Assembly: GCA_036679605.1 (NCBI GenBank)
Contig: JAZDCZ010000407.1
Location: 32,001 to 96,000, forward strand
Length of the DNA stretch: 64,000 bases
Origin: Gemmatimonadota bacterium
Lineage (GTDB): Bacteria > Gemmatimonadota > Gemmatimonadetes > Gemmatimonadales > GWC2-71-9
Direction of reading: 5' to 3'
Each line of letters opens with the position of its first letter. Positions within the stretch are counted from its first letter, which is position 1. The notes under the pieces are model-generated. The model had not been told where the DNA came from. It searched no databases and saw only the letters and a list, made by a program, of their open reading frames with translations. The translations under genes were made by a program, and so were the position numbers. Positions 1-10,593 of the stretch are shown piece after piece.

Positions 1-1
1 C

Positions 2-3000
2 GCCAAACAACAGTATTGGCACGGGTCGTCGGGCGTCAACATCAGGGAAATCGCCTCCGCAGGGTTTGTGAACCCATGGGTCCCAAAGGGCGAGTCGTGC
101 AGGGGTTATCAGAAGCCTATGTCCGGACGCACATACGCCACGACGGATCTCAGCTATGCCCTTATTTATGCCCTCGGCGCGGCGATGGTCGGGCAAGAGC
201 TTCCGAACAACCAAAATTTCGACGGCGAGGGCGGTATTGTATTATTGGAGGCTGGCGGCGATCCGCTGCCGGATGAGGATTGGGTCGGTGAGTTGATTGC
301 GGAGTGTGAGAGCCGCCGCAGGCGGATGCGGGGCGATCTGAACGCTAGGGGAGGTGATGTACCAGAGTGGAAGGAAAACCTCTACATTGAGATGCGCAGG
401 CAACTGCCGCCCGAGGTTGTGTCTATGATCGACCGAAAGCCTATCTGGAAGCTTGACGAGATGGCCACGCAGTCCATGATTGGGAAGAATGTGAACAAAT
501 GGCTCCTCAAGCATGATGGCGCGCTAAAGACGAAACTCGTACATCACTCGCCGCACCATTCCTATGCGGGAACCATGCGGGTGATCAAGGCGTGGGTATT
601 TAACAAGCGGGAGATAAGCCCTAAGTTGGAGAAGGACGGTTCCAATTTCCTGAAGTTGGCGATGGAGATTCCGGTCGCGAAGGCTGTATCCGCGTCGTTA
701 TGTTCGTACGATGACTACAAACCCTATTCTTGTTCGCCGAGTGGCGTGTGTATGCCGTCGCGCGTCACACCTGATATTCATGATGCCGTGAGCCGCTTGT
801 TCGGCGGAAAATGTCCCTGTCCTAGATGTAAATCTGTGGACAGGACTGCGTCATCGGTGGAGGACAAGTGTTGGTCGCACGCGGTCGAGGCCCTCGCGGC
901 GAATGGGTTTGAGGACATGGATGGCATGTGTTTAGAGGCGTCAGTCGTGCTTTGTGAGAGGCTCCGTGACGAGGGCGTGGACGCGAGATTGGCGCGGCGA
1001 TGGTCGGACGAATACGGTGGACATTGGACGGTCTGCACCTCGGCTGGGGAGTTCGATCCGACAATCGCTTGGTGGGGCGACTCCGCACCAAAGGGAGCCT
1101 CAAAGGGCCAGTTATACGAGGTGACAAATGTCAGTCCGCACGCCGGATGGGAGAAGGACGACTCGGTGGATGAATCCACTGCGTACCGGATCGCGATAGA
1201 AGAGTTGGGTGTGGATGATTTGGAAAATCTGTACGACAACGCCCTAGAGGGGATTCTTTCCCGCAGTGCGCGTCGTGTCGCAATGCCATATCTTCACGAG
1301 CCAAAGTGTCCCTACTGCGGTCACATGGGGCCGCAGGATCCAAAAGTGGAGTTCTGGGAGTCCTTATCGGATGACTATCGCGGTTTCCTAGAGAGGTACT
1401 ATGGCACCGAAGACAGGCTGGAGATAGCGCGTAAGCTAATGTGGGATCGCACGGTACCGACATATTGCGGTAAATGCGGGCAGACATACCTTTTCGAGAA
1501 GTCGGAATCTGATTCGCTTGCCGAGAAGGTTGCTGGGCGTTTTAAGGCATGGCACGGCACGAGCGACATCCTGCTGGACGATATCCACACCGCAGGCGGC
1601 CTGATTGACCCGTACCTCGCCGCGACACTATCGCTGGCGGAGTATTATGCGGGCGTGGCTGCAGAGAATGACGGTGGCTCGCCAATTGTGCTGGAGATCG
1701 ATATCCGTGACAGATCTAGGCTCCGATATGATGGCAACGCCATGGACGAGCCAGTCACGGTTGGCGTGAGCGAGGCCGACAGAGATTTCGAGTGGGGGCG
1801 CGCCGAGAAGGAACACCCTGAGTGGGTGCATGGCGACACTATATCCATACCAGCGGACGAGTGGGAATACTCTTGGCGCGGCGCACATTCGGTGCGGTAC
1901 GACGGCCTGTTGCCGTCGTCCGGCATAAGCAGTACGGCTTGGGAGAGCAGATCGGAGGGCAGCGACTTCGGCAGGGAGGCGTCCGCCACATTGACATTCG
2001 GCGCGTTGCCGCCCGCCGTGCAGACCGACATAACGGACAACATACACGACATGTTCTTCGCCGGGACGGATGTGAGCCGTGAGATATTGCGCGGCGTGCT
2101 GGAGGACATGGACACGCCGTTGCCGGTGCGACGCCTTCCCGTTGCCGACTTGGCTGGGCAGGCACGATCGACGCACTGCGTGTCGGAGACGGTCGTGTCC
2201 ACATTGGCGGACACGCTCCGCCGAGTCGGCGATCTGGATCTAGTACTCACTGATGGCGTCCGTTTCCTCGATGGCGGACACAGGGTGATGGCATACGAGT
2301 CCGAGGGCAAGGGCAGCATCCCGACCGTGGATGTCTCATCCCTGCTGTCTGCGGACTGGGAGTCCGAGTTCCGCGAGGACATTCTAGGACTCGGCAGAGC
2401 CGCGAGACGAATCCTGGCCACCGCAGTCCGGTACTGGCACGGCACCACCGCCGCCGCGATGCGCTCGGCCGAGCGTGACGGGTACCTGCGCCCGCCCGTG
2501 TACCTGGCCGACTCCCCGGAGGCTGCTAAGGAGTTCGCGGAGATGGCCTCGGACGACGCCTGTGACCGTTCGGTGGTGCTGGAGATCGTACTTCCCGAGG
2601 ACAGGGTTGCCCACCTCCGCGCCGACGCTGGATTTGACGGTGCCCCTGGTAACTTTGTTCTGAATGAGACCGTCCCGCTAGAGTGGATTCCGTGGTATCC
2701 AAATCCAGAAGATTCCGATCCCACTATGGCGTCCGCGCTGTTCTGCGCGGCCGTTAAGGCGACATCGGCGTCTGGGCTGGACTTAGCTGCTATCCGGGAG
2801 TTCTTAGAGTCTAAATGGGCCGCGAGGGGCAGGCCAGAACCTGGCCAGAATTGCATCACCACGGCGTCCTTCCTCTCCAAGCTGATCTCTGGCGCGGAGG
2901 TGCGGGGTGGACAGCCGGAGGGACACAGAAATCTTGTGCGGCATGGACTTGCCACGGATGAGGAATCTCGCTCCGGCGGCGGTTATAAAGATGACGAAGG

Positions 3001-6000
3001 TTACCTCTACCCCCACTTATGGGTGGAGTCCAATGGCATGGTATATGACCTGACGGCTGACCAGTTCGGCGGTGATCCGGTCACAGTCGTCCCCTCCGGC
3101 GGGCGGTATGTGCCATCAGAACTGTCCGAGAAGAATACACGCGCCCTCCGAGCGGTAGATGCGGAGACGGACGCTTGGTTGGAGGAATGGATGGCGCAGG
3201 CCAACACAACATCCGCCGCGCTCATTCTCTACCACGGTACCGCTATTCCCGACCTTGACAAGCTGCGTGTCGGCTCCGGGGCGGAACACATGCGCGTCGC
3301 GGGCGTGTACCTCTCCAAGAGCCGTGACGAGGCTGAGAAATACACCAAGGTGGCCGGAGTCAGACACCCTGAGAATATCCTCACGGTCGAAGCTAAACTG
3401 TCCAACCCCGCCACAAGGGACACGCTCGACGGAATGGATCGTCGCTTAGACGGATGGCAGGCACAGGCCGAACTTATCCGCCGTGGGTACGACAGTGTAA
3501 TCGATGATTTGATGGACGAGGTGATCGTGTTTGACCCCGCGAGGTTAAGAATTCTTGGAGACCGCACTGCAGCGACGGTCGACGAGTTCCTCGACCCTGT
3601 CATAGCCTCCACTCCATCGCCGTACCCATCATTGAAATGGGTAAAGAATCAACTCCAATACTGTTCGATGTGGTTGCCGATCCTTGACGCCTACATCATT
3701 GGCAGCGAGGCAAAGGGTACAGCCAGCCCAGATAGTGACTTGGACATCGCCGTGATCATCGGCGATGTGTCGCATTCGACATCGATCAGGTTCAGTGAGG
3801 ACTTCCACAGTGAGCAGATTGAACTCCCAGATTGGCAAGGACGCCAAGTGGATTTCCAGTTTTTCTACCCAGACGACCCTGAAATAAAAGAGTACTCGAA
3901 AATCCCCCTCGCCCCAGACTCCGAGTACACCAACACGACAGAAGCACTCAGGGAGAAGCTTATTCAGCGGGGCATCATCTCTGCGTCCCTCTCTTCGACC
4001 GCCCGAAGTGAGACGGCGACCGCGTACAAGACTCTGGCCACCGCCTTCTCGCGAGCCGCCTCTGCCGTGATCCCGCCGCTGAGCATGAGGGCATACCGCG
4101 CGGAGGGTTCCAGCCGAGGGGTGATGGCGGACGCCATGCTGGGCGGGATATACTTCTTCCCGAGGCGGGATACAGCCGAGCTTTGGGCTGGGGATCGCGG
4201 CACAGTGGTCGGGTGGATGATCGACACGAGCGACGCGGATGTGCAGGATGTGCCGGAGGGGGAGATGATCCGCAGGGACTCGGATGTGATAATCCGCCGC
4301 GACCCAGACGGGAGTGGCGATGTGCTGGAGATAGTGGTGTTTGACGATTCACTAATCCATCCGTTGGATAATCACACACACGCGGCTAGGCAAACATTCG
4401 AGTTGAGTACCCTCGGAGATACGGTCTCGTACGATGATGAGCTATATCACGGTACATCTATCAAGGCGGCCGCAGCGATAGCGAAGCGTGGGTTCAGCGT
4501 CGAGCAGCACGGCGAGATGAGCTGTGGCACCATATCGCTGACGAGGAATCCTGTCGCGGCGCAAATCTTCGCCGGACACGATGGCGTGGTTTTCGAGTTC
4601 GATATATCGCTTCATCGCTTGTTCGTCCTCCCCGAGTTCGTTTACGACGCCATGGGCTGCTACGCGGGAACAGGCATGTGTGGCGATGACTTCGTGCGCA
4701 GGATGTCGGAGAATGCCGACGCACTGAAGCGAATCGGTGCGGTGCCTGAGTCTTGGGATTCGGAGTCTGGGGAGCCGCCGGATTGGTCGGAGTGGAGAGA
4801 CAGCGACATGGACGAGTTCGGCTGGCTGGAGCGGTCGCTGCCCGGTTATGACGGCGTCGTCGTGCCTGGGTTCGACAGCAACCATCCGCGCGCCGAGGCG
4901 GAGATCGCCTTATTCATGCCCGCCACCGCTCGCCTCAAAGAGTCGGTCTCGGCGATGTATGTCGGCGAGAGGGAATACTGGAAGGGCGGCCCAGAAACCG
5001 AGTCCTTGGATGATGGTTGGGATGTCCTCGCCGGAATGGGAACGGACGAAGATGACGAAGAAGGGATGGAGTTGGACGCCGCTCTCTCGAAGGCTGCACG
5101 TGCCCTAGGCGAGCACCTCGGCGACACGGTGACTGCGTACAGAGCGCTCGCCACTGAGCACGCCGAGAAGGTCATGCAAGAGGGCTTCATGGGTCCCCAT
5201 CACGCACACGGTGTCTATTACACCGCCAGCCCAGAGCGGGCTATGTTCTACTCCAGGTTCATGGCGTCGTCCAAACTCCAAGGCGTGATATTCGAGTTGG
5301 AGGCCGACACCAGCCGTTCGACGGCTGATGTGAACGACACCACCGAGTGGCAGTCCAATGAGCTGTACGAGGAGGTCAAGTCGGCTGCGGGCGACATGGT
5401 CGAGACGGTATATAAGAACACTGAAACGCGGTTATGGGACAGCGACGCCGCAAGGTTACTGGAGTCATGGCTCGGCGGACTCACAGTGTCGGAAGGCTAC
5501 TACGATTCGCCGGAGCAGCACTCCGTGTGGCAGTTGCTCGCGGACGAGACCAAGGGGACGGACAGCGAGATGACGATCTCCGAGGCCAAGGACGCCCTGC
5601 CCCCCGGCAGGTACGGCGGGATGACGGTGCTGGACAGTCGAGGCGTCGCGGGGATCGACGCAGGTGAGATGGATGGTCAGGCCCAAGCGAAGTCCCAGGA
5701 GGGGATACCGGCGGACAGGCTGAAGGCCATATGGATTCCGACGGCCATGCTGCACTCTGCCGGAGTGGATGCCCCGGCTGGGGCGGAGACGATGGAGGAT
5801 TATGTGGATGTCATCCCAGCCAAATTTAACATGGACTACGACATTGACTTCGTCTCCGAGATCGAGAAACAGAGGGACGATGCTAGGGAAACAGGACCAC
5901 CACCAGGACTGGACAAGGAGGCTGAGGAGGTGTGGCATCTCGGAATGGAGGCGGTGGCCGATGAGATGGACTCCATCTTGGACAGGTGGCGGGACGAGGG

Positions 6001-6763
6001 TGACTCCACCATGCCAGGTCACATCTACTCGAAGCTTATTACGGGTGAAAGAGTGACCCCAGAGGACCTCGACCGCGAGGAGGGGTTCGTCAGGTATCCA
6101 TTGCCGCAGGGCAGGCTGCTTGTGACGAAGATACTGCGGAAGGCGATCGCGAGGCAGGGTCGGCGACCCGCTGAAGGGAAGGCCGCCCGGAGGGCGGCCT
6201 TGGATGACGATATAACGCACATCCTTCGGCACGCCGCTGATGGCATGGGTTGGAGCGAGGAGAGCGATGTTGATCCGGACAGTTTCGTTGACGAGGGGTT
6301 CATGGAGGACGAGAGTGGACACACCTTCTGGGGTTCGCGGGGAAGTGGGCTGCTTTTTGTGCGCAGCCATCCAGATCACGGTTGGGAATTATTGCTTGTA
6401 AAACGGTCACCAATAGTGGAGGAGCCGAACACATGGGGAACGACTGGTGGCGCGGTGCCGAAGGACGAGAATAACTTGTTCGCCTCTGCCGTGCGGGAGA
6501 CTCGGGAGGAGATAGGCGGTATCCCGCCATATGAGGCGGTCAGACAATATGTGTGGAAGGCTCTCGGCGGCAGCTTCACATACACGACATTCATTTTGGA
6601 ATGCACCGACATGGATTGGATGCCATCCGTATTTAACTGGGAGGCCACAGCCGCCCAATGGGTATCTCTCAAGGAAGCTAAGTCATATGAACTACATTTT
6701 GGTTTGGTGTCTATTTTGAAGGATTTGGGTGAGTCCATATTCCCCGCAACGGAGGATGTATGA
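2..6763 (+). CDS. Giant multidomain (polyvalent) protein, 5'-truncated by the window: about 7 ART-like domains, 2 papain/transglutaminase-like domains, Zn ribbon, ParB-like domain, nucleotidyltransferase, C-terminal Nudix
   Basis: Frame is open from base 2 (AKQQYWHGSS...). Repeated [YW]HG[TS]/AYRA plus downstream [VI]Y[LF][ST] and E-x-x-F motifs; C..HW..D motifs; DGGHR; GSxAxG..DSDLD; GG..E...A.RETREEIG Nudix box. Confidence 0.8.
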   Translation, partial: AKQQYWHGSSGVNIREIASAGFVNPWVPKGESCRGYQKPMSGRTYATTDLSYALIYALGAAMVGQELPNNQNFDGEGGIVLLEAGGDPLPDEDWVGELIAECESRRRRMRGDLNARGGDVPEWKENLYIEMRRQLPPEVVSMIDRKPIWKLDEMATQSMIGKNVNKWLLKHDGALKTKLVHHSPHHSYAGTMRVIKAWVFNKREISPKLEKDGSNFLKLAMEIPVAKAVSASLCSYDDYKPYSCSPSGVCMPSRVTPDIHDAVSRLFGGKCPCPRCKSVDRTASSVEDKCWSHAVEALAANGFEDMDGMCLEASVVLCERLRDEGVDARLARRWSDEYGGHWTVCTSAGEFDPTIAWWGDSAPKGASKGQLYEVTNVSPHAGWEKDDSVDESTAYRIAIEELGVDDLENLYDNALEGILSRSARRVAMPYLHEPKCPYCGHMGPQDPKVEFWESLSDDYRGFLERYYGTEDRLEIARKLMWDRTVPTYCGKCGQTYLFEKSESDSLAEKVAGRFKAWHGTSDILLDDIHTAGGLIDPYLAATLSLAEYYAGVAAENDGGSPIVLEIDIRDRSRLRYDGNAMDEPVTVGVSEADRDFEWGRAEKEHPEWVHGDTISIPADEWEYSWRGAHSVRYDGLLPSSGISSTAWESRSEGSDFGREASATLTFGALPPAVQTDITDNIHDMFFAGTDVSREILRGVLEDMDTPLPVRRLPVADLAGQARSTHCVSETVVSTLADTLRRVGDLDLVLTDGVRFLDGGHRVMAYESEGKGSIPTVDVSSLLSADWESEFREDILGLGRAARRILATAVRYWHGTTAAAMRSAERDGYLRPPVYLADSPEAAKEFAEMASDDACDRSVVLEIVLPEDRVAHLRADAGFDGAPGNFVLNETVPLEWIPWYPNPEDSDPTMASALFCAAVKATSASGLDLAAIREFLESKWAARGRPEPGQNCITTASFLSKLISGAEVRGGQPEGHRNLVRHGLATDEESRSGGGYKDDEGYLYPHLWVESNGMVYDLTADQFGGDPVTVVPSGGRYVPSELSEKNTRALRAVDAETDAWLEEWMAQANTTSAALILYHGTAIPDLDKLRVGSGAEHMRVAGVYLSKSRDEAEKYTKVAGVRHPENILTVEAKLSNPATRDTLDGMDRRLDGWQAQAELIRRGYDSVIDDLMDEVIVFDPARLRILGDRTAATVDEFLDPVIASTPSPYPSLKWVKNQLQYCSMWLPILDAYIIGSEAKGTASPDSDLDIAVIIGDVSHSTSIRFSEDFHSEQIELPDWQGRQVDFQFFYPDDPEIKEYSKIPLAPDSEYTNTTEALREKLIQRGIISASLSSTARSETATAYKTLATAFSRAASAVIPPLSMRAYRAEGSSRGVMADAMLGGIYFFPRRDTAELWAGDRGTVVGWMIDTSDADVQDVPEGEMIRRDSDVIIRRDPDGSGDVLEIVVFDDSLIHPLDNHTHAARQTFELSTLGDTVSYDDELYHGTSIKAAAAIAKRGFSVEQHGEMSCGTISLTRNPVAAQIFAGHDGVVFEFDISLHRLFVLPEFVYDAMGCYAGTGMCGDDFVRRMSENADALKRIGAVPESWDSESGEPPDWSEWRDSDMDEFGWLERSLPGYDGVVVPGFDSNHPRAEAEIALFMPATARLKESVSAMYVGEREYWKGGPETESLDDGWDVLAGMGTDEDDEEGMELDAALSKAARALGEHLGDTVTAYRALATEHAEKVMQEGFMGPHHAHGVYYTASPERAMFYSRFMASSKLQGVIFELEADTSRSTADVNDTTEWQSNELYEEVKSAAGDMVETVYKNTETRLWDSDAARLLESWLGGLTVSEGYYDSPEQHSVWQLLADETKGTDSEMTISEAKDALPPGRYGGMTVLDSRGVAGIDAGEMDGQAQAKSQEGIPADRLKAIWIPTAMLHSAGVDAPAGAETMEDYVDVIPAKFNMDYDIDFVSEIEKQRDDARETGPPPGLDKEAEEVWHLGMEAVADEMDSILDRWRDEGDSTMPGHIYSKLITGERVTPEDLDREEGFVRYPLPQGRLLVTKILRKAIARQGRRPAEGKAARRAALDDDITHILRHAADGMGWSEESDVDPDSFVDEGFMEDESGHTFWGSRGSGLLFVRSHPDHGWELLLVKRSPIVEEPNTWGTTGGAVPKDENNLFASAVRETREEIGGIPPYEAVRQYVWKALGGSFTYTTFILECTDMDWMPSVFNWEATAAQWVSLKEAKSYELHFGLVSILKDLGESIFPATEDV

Positions 6764-7485
6764 GCAAATTCATGATGAGTGTTGTGGTGCCTGTCTGGAA
6801 TCAACTACGGTTGTCCGTCCAGCTCTTGAAACATATAGATGCGGATCCAATGCCCGAGCGCGAAGTTATTTGGATCGACAACGGCAGCACGGACGGCACA
6901 CCGGAGTTTTTGGACGGCCTACGAAAGAGGTCGAACCATAGGGTGATTAGTTTTCCGGAGAACCGAGGTTTTGGTGAGGCTATGAACGCTGGTGTTGCCT
7001 TGGCATCGAGCGAGTTTCTGGTGCTGCTTAACAATGATACGGAACCTTCCCCAGGACTCATGAAGGAGTTGGTCGCCTGTCTGCGATCTAATTTGAGATT
7101 TGGGATAGTCATACCGCGAGTGACCCAAGCTGGTTTGCGGGTGAATGTGTTCCCCGTGGCGGATCCAAACAGAGGTCCAGAGATCCTGAAACGGTTCGGA
7201 CAGTACCCTAGCGGTGTGTGTTACGCCATGCGCAAGGAATTCTTTGACGCGCTCGGCGGGTTCGATACTGAGACATACAAGTTAGCAAGCGCCGAGGATG
7301 CAGATTTGTGTTACAAGACATGGGATGCCGGACGGGAGGTAGTGATACATCACGGGTTGTGTCTGAAGCATCTCGGTGCTGGCACTAGCTCAAGGCTTCC
7401 TGACAAGATGTCGATATGGAGGAGGAACGCCAAATTGTTTGAACAGAAATGGAAGCGTATATTTGCTTCAAGGGGTGGTAAATGA
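6760..7485 (+). CDS. GT2 family glycosyltransferase
   Basis: SVVVPVWN, IDNGSTDGT, LLNNDT, EDADLC motifs. Confidence 0.9.
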   Translation: MSKFMMSVVVPVWNQLRLSVQLLKHIDADPMPEREVIWIDNGSTDGTPEFLDGLRKRSNHRVISFPENRGFGEAMNAGVALASSEFLVLLNNDTEPSPGLMKELVACLRSNLRFGIVIPRVTQAGLRVNVFPVADPNRGPEILKRFGQYPSGVCYAMRKEFFDALGGFDTETYKLASAEDADLCYKTWDAGREVVIHHGLCLKHLGAGTSSRLPDKMSIWRRNAKLFEQKWKRIFASRGGK

Positions 7486-8132
7486 GGGCGATAATGCTAG
7501 GATTAGGGGCGTCGGGCACATCTTATTATGCCGCGCTCGCCGACAGGATGGGGTGGATCACCCCCCGACCGCACAAGGGACACATGCCATTCCCCACGCA
7601 CGAGACGAATCGCGGCAGGGAAATCAACGAGAGGCTGGTAGGCGAGTATGGTCACCATGTGTATGACACCGAGGCCTTCGTACCGCTTGCCCCTGATGCC
7701 ATCGCCTCCGAGGCACAGATGTTTGTCGCGGATATGGATGATGAACACGACCGATGGCTCTTCAAAGATCCACGATCCACCCTCACATTTGATGCCATCT
7801 GGCAACAGTTTAGTTGGGACAGGATTATCTGCGTCTACAGGCATCCGGGCGACACCACGGCATCATTGAAGAAACATCATGTTCGCGGTCCGCTGGCAGA
7901 GGATTCGTCATTAAGGACGCTTTGGACGCAGTGGTCGCAGCTAATGCTGCGTATGCCGGATGCTGAGTTTATACGGTTCCCCGGGGACGAGGCTAAACTC
8001 GCAGCTATTCTCGGGTGCGAACTGCCAATTAATACCGGATTCAGGCCGAGTTTGAACCATGGTGTCTCCGCAGCAATACCTAACTGGGCCTCCGTTGCGT
8101 GGGACGCGATGGAAATCCGTCGGGCTACTTAA
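7482..8132 (+). CDS. Sulfotransferase-like protein
   Basis: N-terminal GxGxSGTS loop, FKDPR, YRHP..T..S. Confidence 0.7.
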   Translation: MRAIMLGLGASGTSYYAALADRMGWITPRPHKGHMPFPTHETNRGREINERLVGEYGHHVYDTEAFVPLAPDAIASEAQMFVADMDDEHDRWLFKDPRSTLTFDAIWQQFSWDRIICVYRHPGDTTASLKKHHVRGPLAEDSSLRTLWTQWSQLMLRMPDAEFIRFPGDEAKLAAILGCELPINTGFRPSLNHGVSAAIPNWASVAWDAMEIRRAT

Positions 8133-8781
8133 GGATATCGGTGCATTTCGTGTTTGAAGGATCCGTAATCACAACCCAACTCTGGTTGTTTGGATGTTTC
8201 CAGCCGATGGGTATGCACGTTAGACCGTGTAGTTCGGCGACTTTCTTCATGTAGCTCAGTGTGTATCGTACGCATCCTGGATATGTCCAAGTGTTACCTG
8301 CGTAGTTCTCGGTTCCATTCACAAATGTGGCTGCGAACACTGATGCTGATGTCATGACCTTTCTGGCCTCGCCCAAACATCTCGCGATTTGTGACATTGC
8401 GGCGTGCGAGAAAATTGACTGCGCGACGATAAAATCAAATGTTTGTCCAAACTCGCTCAGAGTGAATTCTGCATCGTTACTGAACTTCGGTCGTTTGAGA
8501 TCAACCATGTCCTGGCCGATCTCGTGCTTTATGCCGTCCTTTATGAGCCAGCCATTCGGTTCCACGCCGAAATACCGATCTGGCATCAAATATGGGATGA
8601 ACAGTCTCCCAGCTCTCAGAGAGCCGCACCCAATGTCGAGAAGGCTGTGATGTTCCCTCAATCCGAGTTTGGTCAGCAGACTGAATTGCATCGCGGACAC
8701 GATGTCGTACGCTTCCGGCCAGCCGACGAACGCCCTGTAGTGTTTTGAACCAGGACGAAGCCCTTTACCACTGCTGCCCAT
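8125..8781 (-). CDS. Class I SAM-dependent methyltransferase
   Basis: LLDIGCGSLR, FDFIVAQSIFSH; GGAGG RBS before ATG at 8781. Confidence 0.85.
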   Translation of the reverse strand: MGSSGKGLRPGSKHYRAFVGWPEAYDIVSAMQFSLLTKLGLREHHSLLDIGCGSLRAGRLFIPYLMPDRYFGVEPNGWLIKDGIKHEIGQDMVDLKRPKFSNDAEFTLSEFGQTFDFIVAQSIFSHAAMSQIARCLGEARKVMTSASVFAATFVNGTENYAGNTWTYPGCVRYTLSYMKKVAELHGLTCIPIGWKHPNNQSWVVITDPSNTKCTDILK

Positions 8782-8820
8782 AGTTGAACCTCCAGTATTC
8801 CAGCGGACGGAACACTTTAT

Positions 8821-10072
8821 GAAGGCGAGTGGGAATACCACCCCCCCTTGTGGGGGTGGATGAAAACGAGCATCTTCCGCAATCCTTTCGATAGAATAAC
8901 ATGTGAAAATGGTTCGTACAGTATCATTGCGTCCAAACCTTCCGAAGGACAGGTTCCTTCCAATGCTCGAGTCCTGCGTCGAAATCTTCGATGAACACAC
9001 CAGATGGGCGACTGAGAACAGGACATACAGCAAACAAAAAGCTCATGAAGCACTCTATCGCAGCATCCGCGAATCCCGCCCGGAGATCCCGTCCGCCATC
9101 CTCCAAGCGACGAGAGATTGCGCTCTTGAAGCATCCAAAAGATGCAATAAGGGCAACAAAGGCGAATGGAAGACGCCTACGAAAAACACTCTCAGTGTCA
9201 GGTATGACCTGCGCACACTCTCTGTACGCGGCAATCTCCTGACCCTGTCCTGCATCGGCAGGCGGTTCAGGATTGTGCTTGACTGCGGAGATGCTCGCAG
9301 CTCGACGCCTGACACGATGGTTTTGCGCATCCCCGAGCATTTCCGGAATGTCGTCCAAAACTGGAAATGCAAAGCTGCCACGCTGAAATACGACAAGCGC
9401 AATGGGTTCAAGCTTCACCTCAACTACGATATGGAAGCCCCTCCTAAGATCACAGGCCGTGGGTTGGGCATCGATCTCGGCATCAGGAATTTCGCCGTCA
9501 CTTCTGACGGCAAAAGGCACCCCGGTCTGCGGACTGCGAAGCGGCGCTACGGCCACAACAGACGCACATTGCAGGCAAAAGGCACCAAGTCCGCCAAAAG
9601 GCGTTTGCGCGCCGTGGCGGGCAAGGAAATGCGGTTCAGCCGCGATGTGAGAGGCAGACGGCTCAACCGAGAAATCGGTAGTTGGCCATGCCTGTTCCTA
9701 GATTCCGTATGTCCGCATTCAGAGCAGCGCTGACTGGTGTACGCAGGCGGGACAGTCACGACCGTCTTGCCTAGTGCATCGGCCTTGTAGGTCAGACAGA
9801 AAAGGAAGGCAGGATGTGTGGTATTTGTTGTCATTCTGACACCAACGCTGCTAAAAACATCCTTTTTGTGCATGAGACCGATGTTAAGCTCCATGCATCA
9901 GTTCCCTGCTCTCCCGCCTCGCGCCGCAAAGCGCCTTGTGGGCAGGCTGCTGTCAATCAGCCGAAATGCAGGACTTGTTACACGCCGATAGCGTGTGACA
10001 TTTCCAGCATTACGATGCGGCAGGCTTTCAGCTTAGCTGCAAGCCACCGGCCTTGTGCTGGTGGTAATTGAC
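8821..10072 (+). mobile_element. IS200/IS605-type tnpB element, copy A (rearranged)
   Basis: Preceded by TTTAT; subterminal hairpins at both ends; ends GGTAATTGAC; tnpB carries an internal inversion. Confidence 0.85.
8903..9900 (+). pseudogene. tnpB: tnpB pseudogene
   Basis: RuvC-I GIDLG present; YTSQRCSECGH segment lies on the opposite strand (~9650-9810); HSDTNAAKNI resumes on + at 9814; RuvC-II Glu region missing. Confidence 0.85.
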
Positions 10073-10593
10073 TTACCATAGCGGTAGATGGATACATTCG
10101 CCCGCGTTTTCGCGGCGAATCGTTCGATCATCGGCAGATATTTGTCCCAGTTGCCGCCCGCCATGCAGCACCCTATGCCCCAAGGGAACGCCACACTGTG
10201 CAGGCTCGGGATGTGCAACATCTTTAGGAGGCAGTTGGCGAACGCCACGCGTCTTGCTTTGAAGCCGTCCTTCGCGCTCTCCGAAAATTTTGGTTTCCCT
10301 GGGTAGAATTGGGCCAGCATGTTGATGATGAATCGCTTGTCCACGCCGTCGCCGCACATAACTATGTCGCCCAGACATCGGCTCGCTGGTGGTTTGCTAC
10401 CGTACATGCGGTCCGAGTATATGTCCGCCCAAGGGTAGCGGTTGAATATATCGGCCGCCAGCCCTGCGGATTGTGTCGTGATGCAGTTGCATTGGTGGCA
10501 GATGTACTTCGCGTCCGTCCCGAACAGGTCGCCGTCGATGATGGTCGGAGTCGTGATGCTACAACCCTTTGCCGAAGAGGGTTTTGATGGCAT
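10033..10593 (-). CDS. Macrodomain protein (ADP-ribose binding/hydrolase); start uncertain
   Basis: IIDGDLF, ICHQCNC..SAGLA, VAFPWGIGCCMAGGNW. Confidence 0.85.
   Translation of the reverse strand: MPSKPSSAKGCSITTPTIIDGDLFGTDAKYICHQCNCITTQSAGLAADIFNRYPWADIYSDRMYGSKPPASRCLGDIVMCGDGVDKRFIINMLAQFYPGKPKFSESAKDGFKARRVAFANCLLKMLHIPSLHSVAFPWGIGCCMAGGNWDKYLPMIERFAAKTRANVSIYRYGKSITTSTRPVACS

Noticed and set aside
1645..2955. Long antisense ORFs (also 5465-6379, 55198-56388, 62028-63062)
   Set aside because: Shadow frames of GC-rich genes that have clear motifs on the opposite strand.
8782..9033. N-terminal extensions of ORF-track calls 8125-9033, 10559-11863, 35077-36717 and 41521-42570
   Set aside because: They run into inserted element sequence; the likely true starts are 8781, 11650, 35614 and 42465.
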